Positions 8,635 through 17,071 of a DNA stretch of 32,000 bases are shown one piece after another. Source of the DNA: Pseudomonas aeruginosa (GTDB taxonomy: Bacteria; Pseudomonadota; Gammaproteobacteria; Pseudomonadales; Pseudomonadaceae); assembly GCF_001457615.1 (NCBI RefSeq), contig NZ_LN831024.1, forward strand, positions 3,270,001 to 3,302,000, written 5' to 3'. Positions within the stretch are counted from its first letter, which is position 1, and each line of letters starts with the position of its first letter. Under the pieces are notes generated by a model. That model saw nothing but the letters and a program-made list of their open reading frames with translations, was not told where the DNA came from and did no database searches. The position numbers and the translations under genes were made by a program.

Positions 8635-8656
8635 AAGCCCGCCATGAGGCGGGCTT
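8635..8656 (-). terminator. Hairpin about 120 nt downstream of the permease gene (weak terminator candidate)
   Basis: aagcccgcc (8635-8643) / loop atga / ggcgggctt (8648-8656). No clear U-tract on either strand. Confidence 0.3.
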
Positions 8657-8774
8657 CAGATGGGGGGCTAGTCCGTTAGCCATGGGTCCATGATTGACCC
8701 GTCACCGTGAAAATTTCGTGAAGATTACCAATCTTTTTCCTTCACATTTCCGCTGAATCCATTCACCGCTCGCC

Positions 8775-10145
8775 TCACTGGGTCGGGCTCAGTTCGCTCT
8801 CCTGGAAGCGCGGCGGCGGACGGCTGAAGCTGCGGGTCAGGTAGAACAGGTAGCCGAAGCCCAGTCCGGCCCAGATCAGCCCCATCACCAGCGAGGTGCT
8901 TTCCAGGTTGAGCCAGAGCACCGCGACGATGGCCGCGCCGAGCAATGGCAGGACCAGGTAGTGGAAATGCTCCTTGAGGCTGCGGTTGCGCCCGCCGCGC
9001 ACATAGAAATGCACGATCACCGAGAGATTGACGAAGGTGAAGGCCACCAGGGCGCCGAAATTGATCAGCGCGGTCGCCGTCACCAGGTCGAAGGAGATCG
9101 CCGAGAGCGCCACCATGCCCACGATGAGCACGTTGATCGACGGCGTACGCCATTTCGGATGGACGAAGCCGAAGATCCGCTCCGGCAGCACGTTGTCCCG
9201 CCCCATCACGTACAGTAGGCGCGACACGCTGGCCTGGGAGGCCAGGCCCGACGCCAGGGTATTGATGAAGGTGGCGCAGAGGAAGATCGACTGGAACAGC
9301 TTGCCGCCGACGTACAGGGCGATTTCCGGCAGCGCCGCGTCGGGTTCCTTGAAGCGTACGTTGGTCGGGAAATAGGACTGCAGGAAATACGACACGGTGA
9401 TGAAGATCACCCCGCCGTACAGCGCGGTGAGGAAGATCGCCCGCGGGATCACCCTGCCGGCGTCGCGGGTTTCCTCGGACAGCGTAGTCACCGCGTCGAA
9501 ACCGAGGAAGGAAAAGCAGAGGATCGTCGCCCCCGCCACCATCGCCGAGAGATGCGCGTGCTCGGAGAAGAACGGCTGGGTACTGAGCACCGTGGCGGTC
9601 CCCTCCCCGTTGTTCAGGCCGTGAATCACCAGGCCGATGAAGACCACGATGATCGCCAGCTGGACCAGCACGAAGACGGTGTTGAAATTGGCGACCAGGT
9701 TCACGCTCTTGATGTTGATGAGGGTCATGATCAGCACGAACATCACCACCCAGATCCACGGGGCGACCTCGGGGAACAATGCGGTCAGGTAGATCTTCGC
9801 CAGCAGTGCGTTGATCATCGGCAGGAACAGGTAGTCCAGCAGCGACGACCAGCCGACCATGAAGCCGACATGGGGATTGATCGCCCGTTGCGCGTAGGTA
9901 TAGGCCGAGCCTGCGGTGGGGAACTGGCGGACCAGCTTGCCGTAGCTGATCGCGGTGAACAGCACGCCGGCGAGGGCCAGCAGGTAGGCGGTGGGCACGT
10001 GTCCCTGGGAAATCCCGGATACGATGCCGAAGGTGTCGAAGACGGTCATCGGGGTCAGGTAGGCCAACCCGATCATGACGATCTGCCACAGCTTGAGGGA
10101 CTTGCGAAGCTGGGTTCGTTCTGCGGTGGGGGGAGGATTCGACAT
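8775..10145 (-). CDS. APC-superfamily amino acid/polyamine permease, 456 aa
   Basis: ORF 8775..10145(-), ATG at 10143-10145. About 12 predicted TM helices. The N-terminus ...[32 protein letters not shown] is typical of PuuP/YeeF-like APC permeases. It lies downstream of pauA4 on the same strand (156-nt gap). Confidence 0.9.
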   Translation of the reverse strand: MSNPPPTAERTQLRKSLKLWQIVMIGLAYLTPMTVFDTFGIVSGISQGHVPTAYLLALAGVLFTAISYGKLVRQFPTAGSAYTYAQRAINPHVGFMVGWSSLLDYLFLPMINALLAKIYLTALFPEVAPWIWVVMFVLIMTLINIKSVNLVANFNTVFVLVQLAIIVVFIGLVIHGLNNGEGTATVLSTQPFFSEHAHLSAMVAGATILCFSFLGFDAVTTLSEETRDAGRVIPRAIFLTALYGGVIFITVSYFLQSYFPTNVRFKEPDAALPEIALYVGGKLFQSIFLCATFINTLASGLASQASVSRLLYVMGRDNVLPERIFGFVHPKWRTPSINVLIVGMVALSAISFDLVTATALINFGALVAFTFVNLSVIVHFYVRGGRNRSLKEHFHYLVLPLLGAAIVAVLWLNLESTSLVMGLIWAGLGFGYLFYLTRSFSRPPPRFQESELSPTQ

Positions 10146-10301
10146 GGGTATGCTTGCCTCGATTTCTTCTTTTTCTAATGCACAGCAAAGGAAGGCGGAC
10201 GGGCGGAAACCGCAGGCTTGCCGCCGTCTACCTTCAGCAAGGGTGGGAACCTCGACGGAAGAACGGGCGGGCGGCGCCGGACCGGAGCCGCCCGCCCATG
10301 C

Positions 10302-11678
10302 TCACACGGTGTGCAGGTACCAGTTGTACTCGAGGTCGGAGATCGAGTACTCGAACTCCTCCAGCTCGCTTTCCTTGCAGGCGACGAAGATGTCGATGTA
10401 CTTCGGATCGATGTACTTCGCCAGGATCTCGCTGTCGTCCAGTTCGCGCAGGGCGTCGCGCAGGTTGTTCGGCAGGCTCGGCTCCAACTGCTCGTAGGAG
10501 TTGCCTTCGATCGGCGCGCCCGGCTCGACCTTGTTGGTCAGCCCGTGGTGCACCCCGGCAAGCACCGAGGCCAGCAGCAGGTAGGGGTTGGCGTCGGCGC
10601 CGGCGACGCGATGTTCCAGGCGTACCGCGTCCGGGCTGCCGGTGGGCACGCGCAGGGCCACGGTGCGGTTGTCCAGGCCCCAGCTCGGCGCGTTCGGCAC
10701 GTAGAACTGCGAACCGAAGCGGCGGTAGGAGTTGACGTTCGGGCAGAGGAAGGCCATAGAGGCCGGCAGGGTCTCGAGCACGCCGCCGATCGCATGGCGC
10801 AATGCGGCGTTCTGCTCGGGATCCTCGCTGGTGAAGATGTTGTTGCCATGCTTGTCGAGCAGCGAGATGTGTACGTGCAGTCCGTTCCCGGCCTGGCCCG
10901 GATAGGGCTTGGCCATGAAGGTGGTGTCCATCTCATGGTCGTAGGCGATGTTCTTGATCAGGCGCTTGAGCAGCACCGCATAGTCGCAGGCCTTCATCGG
11001 GTCGGCGACGTGATGCAGGTTGACCTCGAACTGCGCCGGTGCGGATTCGGCGACGATGGCGTCGGCCGGGATGCCCTGGGCGCGGGCGCCGTCGATGATG
11101 TCCTGGAGGCACTCGACGTATTCGTCGAGGTCGTCGATAGAGTACACCTGCACCGACTGCGGACGCTTGCCGGAGATCGGCGAGCGCGGCGGCTGCGGCC
11201 GGCCGTTCACGTTCTCCTGGTCGATCAGGTAGAACTCCAGCTCGAAGGCGGCGACGATGGTCAGTTCCATCTCGGTGAACCTGGCCACCACCTGGCGCAG
11301 GACTTCGCGGGGGTCGGCGAAGAAGGGATCACCTTCCAGCTCATGCATGGTCATCAGCAGTTGCGCGGTCGGGCGCTTCTGCCAGGGTTCCATGGAGAGG
11401 GTGCCGGGGATCGGGTAGCAGATCCGGTCGGCGTCGCCGATGTCGAGACCCAGGCCGGTACTCTCTACGGTGGAGCCGGTGATATCGAGGGCGAACAGGG
11501 AAGCGGGAAGGTTGATACCTTTTTCGAAGACTTTGGGCAGACTGTTGCGTTCGATTCGCTTGCCGCGAACCACGCCATTCATGTCTGAAATCAGAAGGTC
11601 GACGAACTGGACCTCGGGATGTTCCTGAAGGAACAGGCTCGGCTCAGTGAGCTGAACGGCACGCAGGGGTACCGACAT
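10302..11678 (-). CDS. pauA4: Glutamine synthetase-family gamma-glutamylpolyamine synthetase (PuuA-like), 458 aa
   Basis: ORF 10302..11678(-), ATG at 11676-11678. GS catalytic-domain blocks are present (...AFELEFYLID..., ...KPYPGQAGNGLHVHISL..., ...NRTVALRVP...). The symbol follows my recollection that PA2040 is pauA4. Confidence 0.88.
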   Translation of the reverse strand: MSVPLRAVQLTEPSLFLQEHPEVQFVDLLISDMNGVVRGKRIERNSLPKVFEKGINLPASLFALDITGSTVESTGLGLDIGDADRICYPIPGTLSMEPWQKRPTAQLLMTMHELEGDPFFADPREVLRQVVARFTEMELTIVAAFELEFYLIDQENVNGRPQPPRSPISGKRPQSVQVYSIDDLDEYVECLQDIIDGARAQGIPADAIVAESAPAQFEVNLHHVADPMKACDYAVLLKRLIKNIAYDHEMDTTFMAKPYPGQAGNGLHVHISLLDKHGNNIFTSEDPEQNAALRHAIGGVLETLPASMAFLCPNVNSYRRFGSQFYVPNAPSWGLDNRTVALRVPTGSPDAVRLEHRVAGADANPYLLLASVLAGVHHGLTNKVEPGAPIEGNSYEQLEPSLPNNLRDALRELDDSEILAKYIDPKYIDIFVACKESELEEFEYSISDLEYNWYLHTV

Positions 11679-12102
11679 GATGCAACACCTTTTTTGTTAA
11701 AAATTTCAATCATGCGGGGGCTGGAGCCAGAGTCAATCGGAAAGCCAATTTGTTGTCAATAGCCCTCTCGTCGCCCTCGCGGACGGCGAAATAGCCGTAG
11801 ACAGGGCCTTCCAGCGCATCGCGAAAGCGGCCAAAGCCAGGCCAGGCAAGGTGTTCAACCTGGTGCAGCAGATATTTTACAGGCTCCGTTGTACGAAAAA
11901 TTGAACAAGGCTAAGCTGTGCCAACCCTACAACAGCAATAAACCGGGTGTTCCATGTCCTACCAGCCGTCCCTCGGCGCCAAGTTCCGCGGCCACAAGAT
12001 CGGTCAGCATCCGCGTTAGCTCCGCTCCGGTTCTTCTCTCCCTCGATTCTTCGCAGCGCCCTCGAGCGGCCCTCGCTCGTCCGCCGCCTGCCCTGCCCGT
12101 CC

Positions 12103-12116
12103 TCCTTATATAAGGA
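12103..12116. promoter_or_regulatory. Perfect 14-bp palindrome TCCTTATATAAGGA upstream of azlC (candidate operator and/or -10 region)
   Basis: Read directly from the sequence; 115 nt upstream of the azlC ATG at 12232. The function is an inference. Confidence 0.3.
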
Positions 12117-12231
12117 AGGACACCGGCCGCTTTCGCCTGCGTGGATAACGGATACGAAGAGCAAGATCGTTCAAGCCAGCCCGATGCGCCTGCTGGCATG
12201 CTGGACCGACGTTCACCACCGCCATGCCCCC

Positions 12232-12942
12232 ATGACTGCCCACGACCTGCCCCGCCAAGCCTTTCTCCGCGGCGCCGTCGCCATCCTCCCATTGTCCCTG
12301 GCCGTCGCGCCCTGGGGGCTGCTGGCGGGATCGATGGCCATCGAAGCCAACCTCACCCCGGCCGAGGGCCAGGGCCTGTCCGCCATCGTCTTCGCCGGCG
12401 CCGCCCAGTTGGTGGCGATCGGCATGCTCAAGGGCGGTGCCGGGTTCTTTTCGATCATCTTCACCACCCTCCTCCTGACCTCGCAGCACCTGCTCTACGG
12501 CATGAGCTTGCGGCCGGTCCTGTCGCCTCTGCCGGGACGCTGGCGGATCGGCCTGGGCTTCCTGCTCACCGACGAGTTCTTCGCCCTCGCCAGCCAGCAC
12601 GACCGGCGCAACTTCAACCGCTGGTACGCCCTCGGCGTCGGCCTGACCTTCTATATCGCCTGGAACCTGTTCACCCTCGCCGGCATCCTGCTTGGCCGCA
12701 GCATTCCCGGTCTCGAACACCTGGGCCTGGATTTCTCCATCGCCGCCACCTTCATCGCGCTGGTCGCGCCGCTGGTGCGCAACGTACCGACGCTAGTCTG
12801 CGTGGCCACCTCGCTGTTCTGCTCGGTGCTGTTCAGCCACTGGCAATGGAGTTCGGCGCTGGTCCTCGCCGGTCTCGCCGGGATGGCCGCCGGTTTCATC
12901 TGCAACAAGCTGTATCGGGAGGCGCCATGGTCTGGGCAGTGA
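12232..12942 (+). CDS. azlC: AzlC-family branched-chain amino acid exporter subunit, 236 aa
   Basis: From ORF 11947..12942(+), whose first ~95 codons are implausible (Arg/Pro/Ser-rich). The AzlC-like sequence starts at MTAHDLPRQAFLRGAVAILPLSLAVAPWGLLAGSMAIEANL... (ATG 12232). An alternative ATG lies at 12184. No clear RBS at either. Confidence 0.8.
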   Translation: MTAHDLPRQAFLRGAVAILPLSLAVAPWGLLAGSMAIEANLTPAEGQGLSAIVFAGAAQLVAIGMLKGGAGFFSIIFTTLLLTSQHLLYGMSLRPVLSPLPGRWRIGLGFLLTDEFFALASQHDRRNFNRWYALGVGLTFYIAWNLFTLAGILLGRSIPGLEHLGLDFSIAATFIALVAPLVRNVPTLVCVATSLFCSVLFSHWQWSSALVLAGLAGMAAGFICNKLYREAPWSGQ

Positions 12943-13241
12943 TCTTCGGGATGGGCGCGATCGTCTTCCTCAACCGCTACCTGTTCCTCGAACCGCGCCT
13001 GCCGATCCGCCTCGGCAGCAACCTGCGGCAGTTCCTCGGTTTCGCCGTGCCGGGAATGCTCACGGCGATCTGCGGCCCCATCGTGTTCATGCCCGAGGGC
13101 CGCATCGACCTCGGCTACGACAATCCCTACCTGGTCAGCGGCGCAGTCACCGTGGCGCTGGTGCTCTATACCCGCAATACCCTGGCGAGCATGCTGCTGG
13201 GCATGGCGTTCTTCTTCCTGTTCAAGTGGTGGCTGATTTGA
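12927..13241 (+). CDS. azlD: AzlD-family small membrane subunit, 104 aa
   Basis: Tail of ORF 12141..13241(+). ATG 12927 overlaps the azlC 3' end by 16 nt. MVWAVIFGMGAIVFLNRYLFLEPRLPIRLGSNLRQFLGFAVPGMLTAI... is typical of AzlD. Confidence 0.85.
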   Translation: MVWAVIFGMGAIVFLNRYLFLEPRLPIRLGSNLRQFLGFAVPGMLTAICGPIVFMPEGRIDLGYDNPYLVSGAVTVALVLYTRNTLASMLLGMAFFFLFKWWLI

Positions 13242-13435
13242 TCGATGTCAGTCGCTGACGGCATGACCTCTGCATGCAGCCCCTTGCAGGGTTCATACAA
13301 ACTCGCGGCGGGCGGCTATATGGCCCACCAGATGCTCCGGAGCAGCCGCTATCCGGCTGACAGCCAGGCTACTATCGATGCAGTACCTGATAGCAACCAT
13401 CTCCCTTCTATCTAGCCTGGATAAACACGCGTAAA

Positions 13436-13452
13436 CCTGGCGCCCGCCCAGG
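13436..13452 (-). terminator. Hairpin downstream of the islet methyltransferase
   Basis: The minus strand reads CCTGGGCG-GG-CGCCAGG followed by TTTACGCGTGTTTAT. It starts 24 nt after the stop codon at 13476-13478. Confidence 0.4.
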
Positions 13453-13475
13453 CAAAGCAATTGACGGGGAGCACT

Positions 13476-14282
13476 TTAGAAAATCACCCGAAAATAATGA
13501 CGATAGTCACAGTGAACGCCATCCTCCCGCTCGACGGCTTTCACCTTGAACTGCTTTGCCCCCAGCAACTCCAAGACACGAACCAGTTGATCATGGCTGA
13601 ATATCTGTGTATGCCCGATTGCTGGAACTCCGCGAGAGTCAGTCACCAACAGTAGCTCACCGCCCGTCCTCAACCTACCCACACAGTCAATCAGGAACTG
13701 GATCCAGTCGGCCGTATGGTCAAGCACATTTGAGCAAACGACGAAATCGAAAGCACTCTCTATATCGGCAACACCATCCCTTATATAACAAGAAGAACCT
13801 CTTTCCCCGAGAGTCGAGAATGGAAGGTTCTCTGCATACAGCCCCATCAATGAGTCCTGGGCAGTCACTGTCACGCCTTCGACCTTCTCGAAAAAGCCGA
13901 TCGGCCCACTACCTACTTCCAAAACCTTACCTTCAAAACCTTCGTAGCGATAATGCGAGGAGCCGTACGTGAACCCCATCTTCCCAAGAAACCACATTGC
14001 ATCCTTATGCCGGGCCTCTTGTAGTTCCTCGACAGACAGATGGCGATAGGGCCATTTATCCTTCCAGAAAGAAAGCTCGTACTCCTGGGAATGTATCCAC
14101 TGCTCCGGATCTGCAGACGCAACGCTACGTACGTCAGGAGCAGTTTCAACCCTACGGGACACCGACGAGAATTCGCCTGCACCACTGCCACGCTCTTCGA
14201 TACACACTAGAGGAGTGCCACTCGAACGACGGCGTTCCCAGAAACCGGATAAAAATTTCACCCTAAAAACCTCCCTGCTCAT
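13476..14282 (-). CDS. Class I SAM-dependent methyltransferase (orphan, low-GC), 268 aa
   Basis: From ORF 13476..14345(-), whose first codon is TTG. I prefer ATG 14280-14282 (MSREVFRV...). SAM motif I VLEVGSGPIG, motif II FDFVVCSNVLDH, motif III LRTGGELLL. Codon usage is AT-richer than in every neighbour. Confidence 0.75.
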   Translation of the reverse strand: MSREVFRVKFLSGFWERRRSSGTPLVCIEERGSGAGEFSSVSRRVETAPDVRSVASADPEQWIHSQEYELSFWKDKWPYRHLSVEELQEARHKDAMWFLGKMGFTYGSSHYRYEGFEGKVLEVGSGPIGFFEKVEGVTVTAQDSLMGLYAENLPFSTLGERGSSCYIRDGVADIESAFDFVVCSNVLDHTADWIQFLIDCVGRLRTGGELLLVTDSRGVPAIGHTQIFSHDQLVRVLELLGAKQFKVKAVEREDGVHCDYRHYFRVIF

Positions 14283-14730
14283 TGATACCCTTGCCCATCG
14301 GACTAAAAGATAAAAAGCCGAAACTTGCCGACAACCAAACAACAACTCGCCCTCTATCTCAGCGCCCCAGCAAAGATCTTCCCCTCAGGAAGCAGCCAAA
14401 CAGCACGGCGCGAGGAAAAACTAACAAAGAAAATTTATAAATAATGTAAGAACAATCCTTTTTGCTAGAGGAAATAGTTACATAGACATAGTTGAGGAGA
14501 AGATGGAGAAACGAACGGAAAACCGCGCTCTCCGATCCGCCTAGGGGAGATCCGTTGCGATGACGCTCCAGGCCCATCCCTTCCAGATGAAGTGCTGAAA
14601 GGGGCCTCCCCCGGAACGAAGAACGAGGGTTCATGCGCCACGGGAATGAACTCGCGAAGAAAGGTCGCTTGGCGCTGGCGCGCTTTGGGCCGAAGATCGG
14701 GGCAACCACAACGTGCGCAGCGAGGCCCTC

Positions 14731-16389
14731 ATGTCCGACTCCCTTCCCCAGCGCAACGGCGGGCAGATCCTGATAGAGGCATTGCGGCGCAATGCCGTCG
14801 ATACCGTCTACTGCATCCCCGGGGAAAGCTACCTGCCGGTGCTCGACGCGCTGTACGACGCCGACGGCATCCGCACCGTCGTCACCCGCCACGAGGGTGC
14901 CGCCTCGAACATGGCCGATGCCTACGGCAAGCTGACCGGCCGACCAGGCATCTGCTTCGTCACCCGCGGCCCCGGTGCCACCCATGCGGCGAATGGCGTG
15001 CACACGGCGCAGCAGGACTCGACGCCGATGATCCTGTTCGTCGGCCAGGTGGAAAGCGCCTTCAAGGGCCGCGAGGCGTTCCAGGAAGTCGACTACGTGC
15101 AGATGTTCTCGGGCCTGGCGAAGTGGGCCGTGGAAATCGACCGTATCGAACGCATCCCGGAGATCGTCGGCCGCGCCTTCAGCGTCGCCACCTCGGGCCG
15201 ACCGGGCCCGGTCGTGGTCGCCCTGCCCGAGGAAATCCTCTTTGGTTCCGCGCAGGTCGCCGATGCGCCGGTGCCAAGGGTGCTTCCGGGGCGGCCGGGC
15301 GCCACGGCGATGGCAGAACTGCGCGAACTGCTGGCGAACGCCAGGCGGCCCCTGCTGGTACTTGGCGGCAGCGGCTGGGACGGCGCCGCCAGGAAACGGC
15401 TAGGCGCCTTCGTCGAGGCCAATGGCCTACCGGTGGCCACCTCGTTCCGTCGCCAGGACCTGTTCGACAACCGTGACCCGCACTACGCCGGGCAACTGGG
15501 CTTCGGCGCGGCGCCGGCACTATTGGAGCGGCTGCGCCAGGCCGACCTGCTGCTGGTGGTCGGGGCGCGCCTGGGCGAAACGCCGAGCGCCGGCTACAGC
15601 CTGGTGCGTAGTCCGGCCCCCGCGCAGACGCTGGTCCACGTGCATCCGGACAGCGCGGAACTGAACCGCGTCTACCTGGCGCGACTGCCGATCCAGGCCA
15701 CCCCGTGTACCTTCGCCGAGGCCCTGGCCGACCTCGCGCCGTTGCCCTCGAGCACCTGGCAGGACTGGCGCGAAGCCGCCCATGCCGACTACCTGGCCTA
15801 CTCGACCCCGGCCGCGAGCGACCCCGCCATCCAGGGCGTCGACCTGGCGTCCGTGGTCGCGTACCTCAGCGAAAACCTGCCGGACGACGCGGTGATCGCC
15901 AACGGTGCCGGCAACTATGCCGTCTGGGTGCATCGCTTCTACCGCTATCGCCAGGCCCGCACGCAGTTGGCGCCGACCAACGGCGCCATGGGCTACGGCC
16001 TGCCCGCCGCGATCGCCGCCAGCCTGCGCGATCCGCAGCGCAGCGTGGTGTGCTTCGCCGGCGACGGCTGTTTCATGATGTATCCGCAGGAGCTGGCGAC
16101 CGCCGCGCAGTTCGGCGCGACGCCGGTGGTGATCGTGGTCAACAACGGCATGCTCGGCACCATCCGCATGCATCAGGAACGCGAATATCCCGGGCGGGTA
16201 TCCGCCACCCGCCTGGACAACCCCGACTTCGTCGCCCTGGCGCGAGCCTTCGGCGCCCACGCCGAACGAGTGGAATGCAGCGCCGACTTCCCCGCCGCGT
16301 TCCGCCGCGCCCGCGAAAGCGGACGCCCGGCGCTGCTGGAGCTGCTGACCGACCCACGCCAGATCACGCCGCAGGCGCGCCTCGCCTGA
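14731..16389 (+). CDS. Thiamine-pyrophosphate-dependent enzyme, acetolactate synthase-like (large-subunit fold), 552 aa
   Basis: From ORF 14713..16389(+), whose first codon is GTG. ATG 14731 gives MSDSLPQRNGGQILIEALRRNAVDTVYCIPGESYL (TPP N-domain). The TPP-binding motif GDGCFMM...NNG is near aa 470-500. Confidence 0.9.
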   Translation: MSDSLPQRNGGQILIEALRRNAVDTVYCIPGESYLPVLDALYDADGIRTVVTRHEGAASNMADAYGKLTGRPGICFVTRGPGATHAANGVHTAQQDSTPMILFVGQVESAFKGREAFQEVDYVQMFSGLAKWAVEIDRIERIPEIVGRAFSVATSGRPGPVVVALPEEILFGSAQVADAPVPRVLPGRPGATAMAELRELLANARRPLLVLGGSGWDGAARKRLGAFVEANGLPVATSFRRQDLFDNRDPHYAGQLGFGAAPALLERLRQADLLLVVGARLGETPSAGYSLVRSPAPAQTLVHVHPDSAELNRVYLARLPIQATPCTFAEALADLAPLPSSTWQDWREAAHADYLAYSTPAASDPAIQGVDLASVVAYLSENLPDDAVIANGAGNYAVWVHRFYRYRQARTQLAPTNGAMGYGLPAAIAASLRDPQRSVVCFAGDGCFMMYPQELATAAQFGATPVVIVVNNGMLGTIRMHQEREYPGRVSATRLDNPDFVALARAFGAHAERVECSADFPAAFRRARESGRPALLELLTDPRQITPQARLA

Positions 16390-16396
16390 GGCATCC

Positions 16397-17071
16397 TCAG
16401 CCGGCGCGGAAGGCGATCCAGGCCTGGTAGCCCACGGCCTGGAAATAGCGGCTGGGCAGGACGAAGCCGGTGTCTTCCAGCAGTTCGCCGAGGCGCTGCT
16501 CGGACAACGGATCGAAATCCTCGCGCAAGCGTTGCAGCATGCCGTCGCTGTCCTCCGGGGAAAGCCCGGCCAAACGGCAGGCCTCGGCCTGCACCGGGCG
16601 TTCGAAGGCGTCCCGGGCTTCCATCAGGTTGGCCAGCAGCAACGGCGCCGCTGGCGCCAGACGCTCGGCGACCGCCTCGAGGAAGCGCCGCTTGGCCTGG
16701 TCGCCGCGCAGGAAATGCAGCACCAGCAGGACCAGCGCCGCATCGCAAGGCGGCGCAGGCGGTAGCCCGGCGACGTCGCCGCAGTGCAGCTCGATCCGCT
16801 CCAGCAGGCCGAGCCTGGCGCAGCGCTGGCGGGCCAGGGCGAGCATGTCGGCCGACAGGTCCGCCGCGACGAAACGCCAGCCTGGACGCAACCCTGCCAG
16901 CTCCGCCAGTTCGCCGCCGGCGCCGCAGCCGACGCTGAGCAGGCGCGCCCGTTCCGGCAGACGGGCCAGCAACTGCGCGCGACTGAGCAGGTGCAGCAAC
17001 TCGTAGCCCGGCAACAGGCGGCCGATCCGCGTCTCGTAGCCGTCCGCCTGTTTCCCGACGAAGCGGCCCAT
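16397..17071 (-). CDS. Class I SAM-dependent methyltransferase, 224 aa
   Basis: Tail of ORF 16397..17566(-). ATG 17069-17071 (MGRFVGKQADGYETRIGRLLPGYE...). Motif I is LLSVGCGAGGEL. The start overlaps the upstream gene's stop (TGATG). Confidence 0.85.
   Translation of the reverse strand: MGRFVGKQADGYETRIGRLLPGYELLHLLSRAQLLARLPERARLLSVGCGAGGELAELAGLRPGWRFVAADLSADMLALARQRCARLGLLERIELHCGDVAGLPPAPPCDAALVLLVLHFLRGDQAKRRFLEAVAERLAPAAPLLLANLMEARDAFERPVQAEACRLAGLSPEDSDGMLQRLREDFDPLSEQRLGELLEDTGFVLPSRYFQAVGYQAWIAFRAG

Larger units (their letters stand above)
13375..14520. other. Low-GC islet (~1.15 kb) inserted between azlD and the TPP-enzyme gene
   Basis: Hand counts of 60-nt lines give 48% (13381), 50% (13681), 42% (13741) and 33% (14401) G+C inside. 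Flanks give 65% (12961), 63% (13321) and high G+C again from about 14521. The islet contains one gene and no recognisable mobility gene. Confidence 0.65.

Noticed and set aside
10218-11588. 456-aa plus-strand ORF opposite pauA4 (and similar long shadows 18057..19721+, 22880..24148+, 25842..27176+, 28417..29463-)
   Set aside because: Each is the mirror frame of a gene with strong homology features (GS family, MocR, Gor, Ugd, MexX). All have Gly/Arg/Ala/Asp/His-rich low-complexity translations.
11712-11729. Sigma-54-like TGGC...GCA element upstream of pauA4 (minus strand TGGCTCCAGCCCCCGCAT)
   Set aside because: The GG-to-GC spacing is one base off the canonical -24/-12 geometry, and the -12 region lacks TTGC. 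I cannot support it without a TSS.
13401-14363. Possible direct repeats flanking the islet gene: CTCCCTTCTATCTAGC (13401-13416) versus CTCGCCCTCTATCTCAGC (14346-14363)
   Set aside because: Only a 7-nt exact core (TCTATCT) matches, with gapped flanks. The right copy lies inside the low-GC tract rather than at its edge. This is not convincing as att or target-site duplication.
14480-14530. 13-codon mini-ORF (MEKRTENRALRSA*) after GAGGAG in the AT-rich islet edge
   Set aside because: It is too short, the RBS spacing is too tight (3 nt), and there is no supporting conservation evidence available.
14359-15003. 214-aa minus-strand ORF bridging the AT-rich islet edge and the TPP-enzyme 5' end
   Set aside because: It is antisense to the well-supported TPP-enzyme N-terminus, and its composition changes abruptly at the GC boundary. 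No motif.
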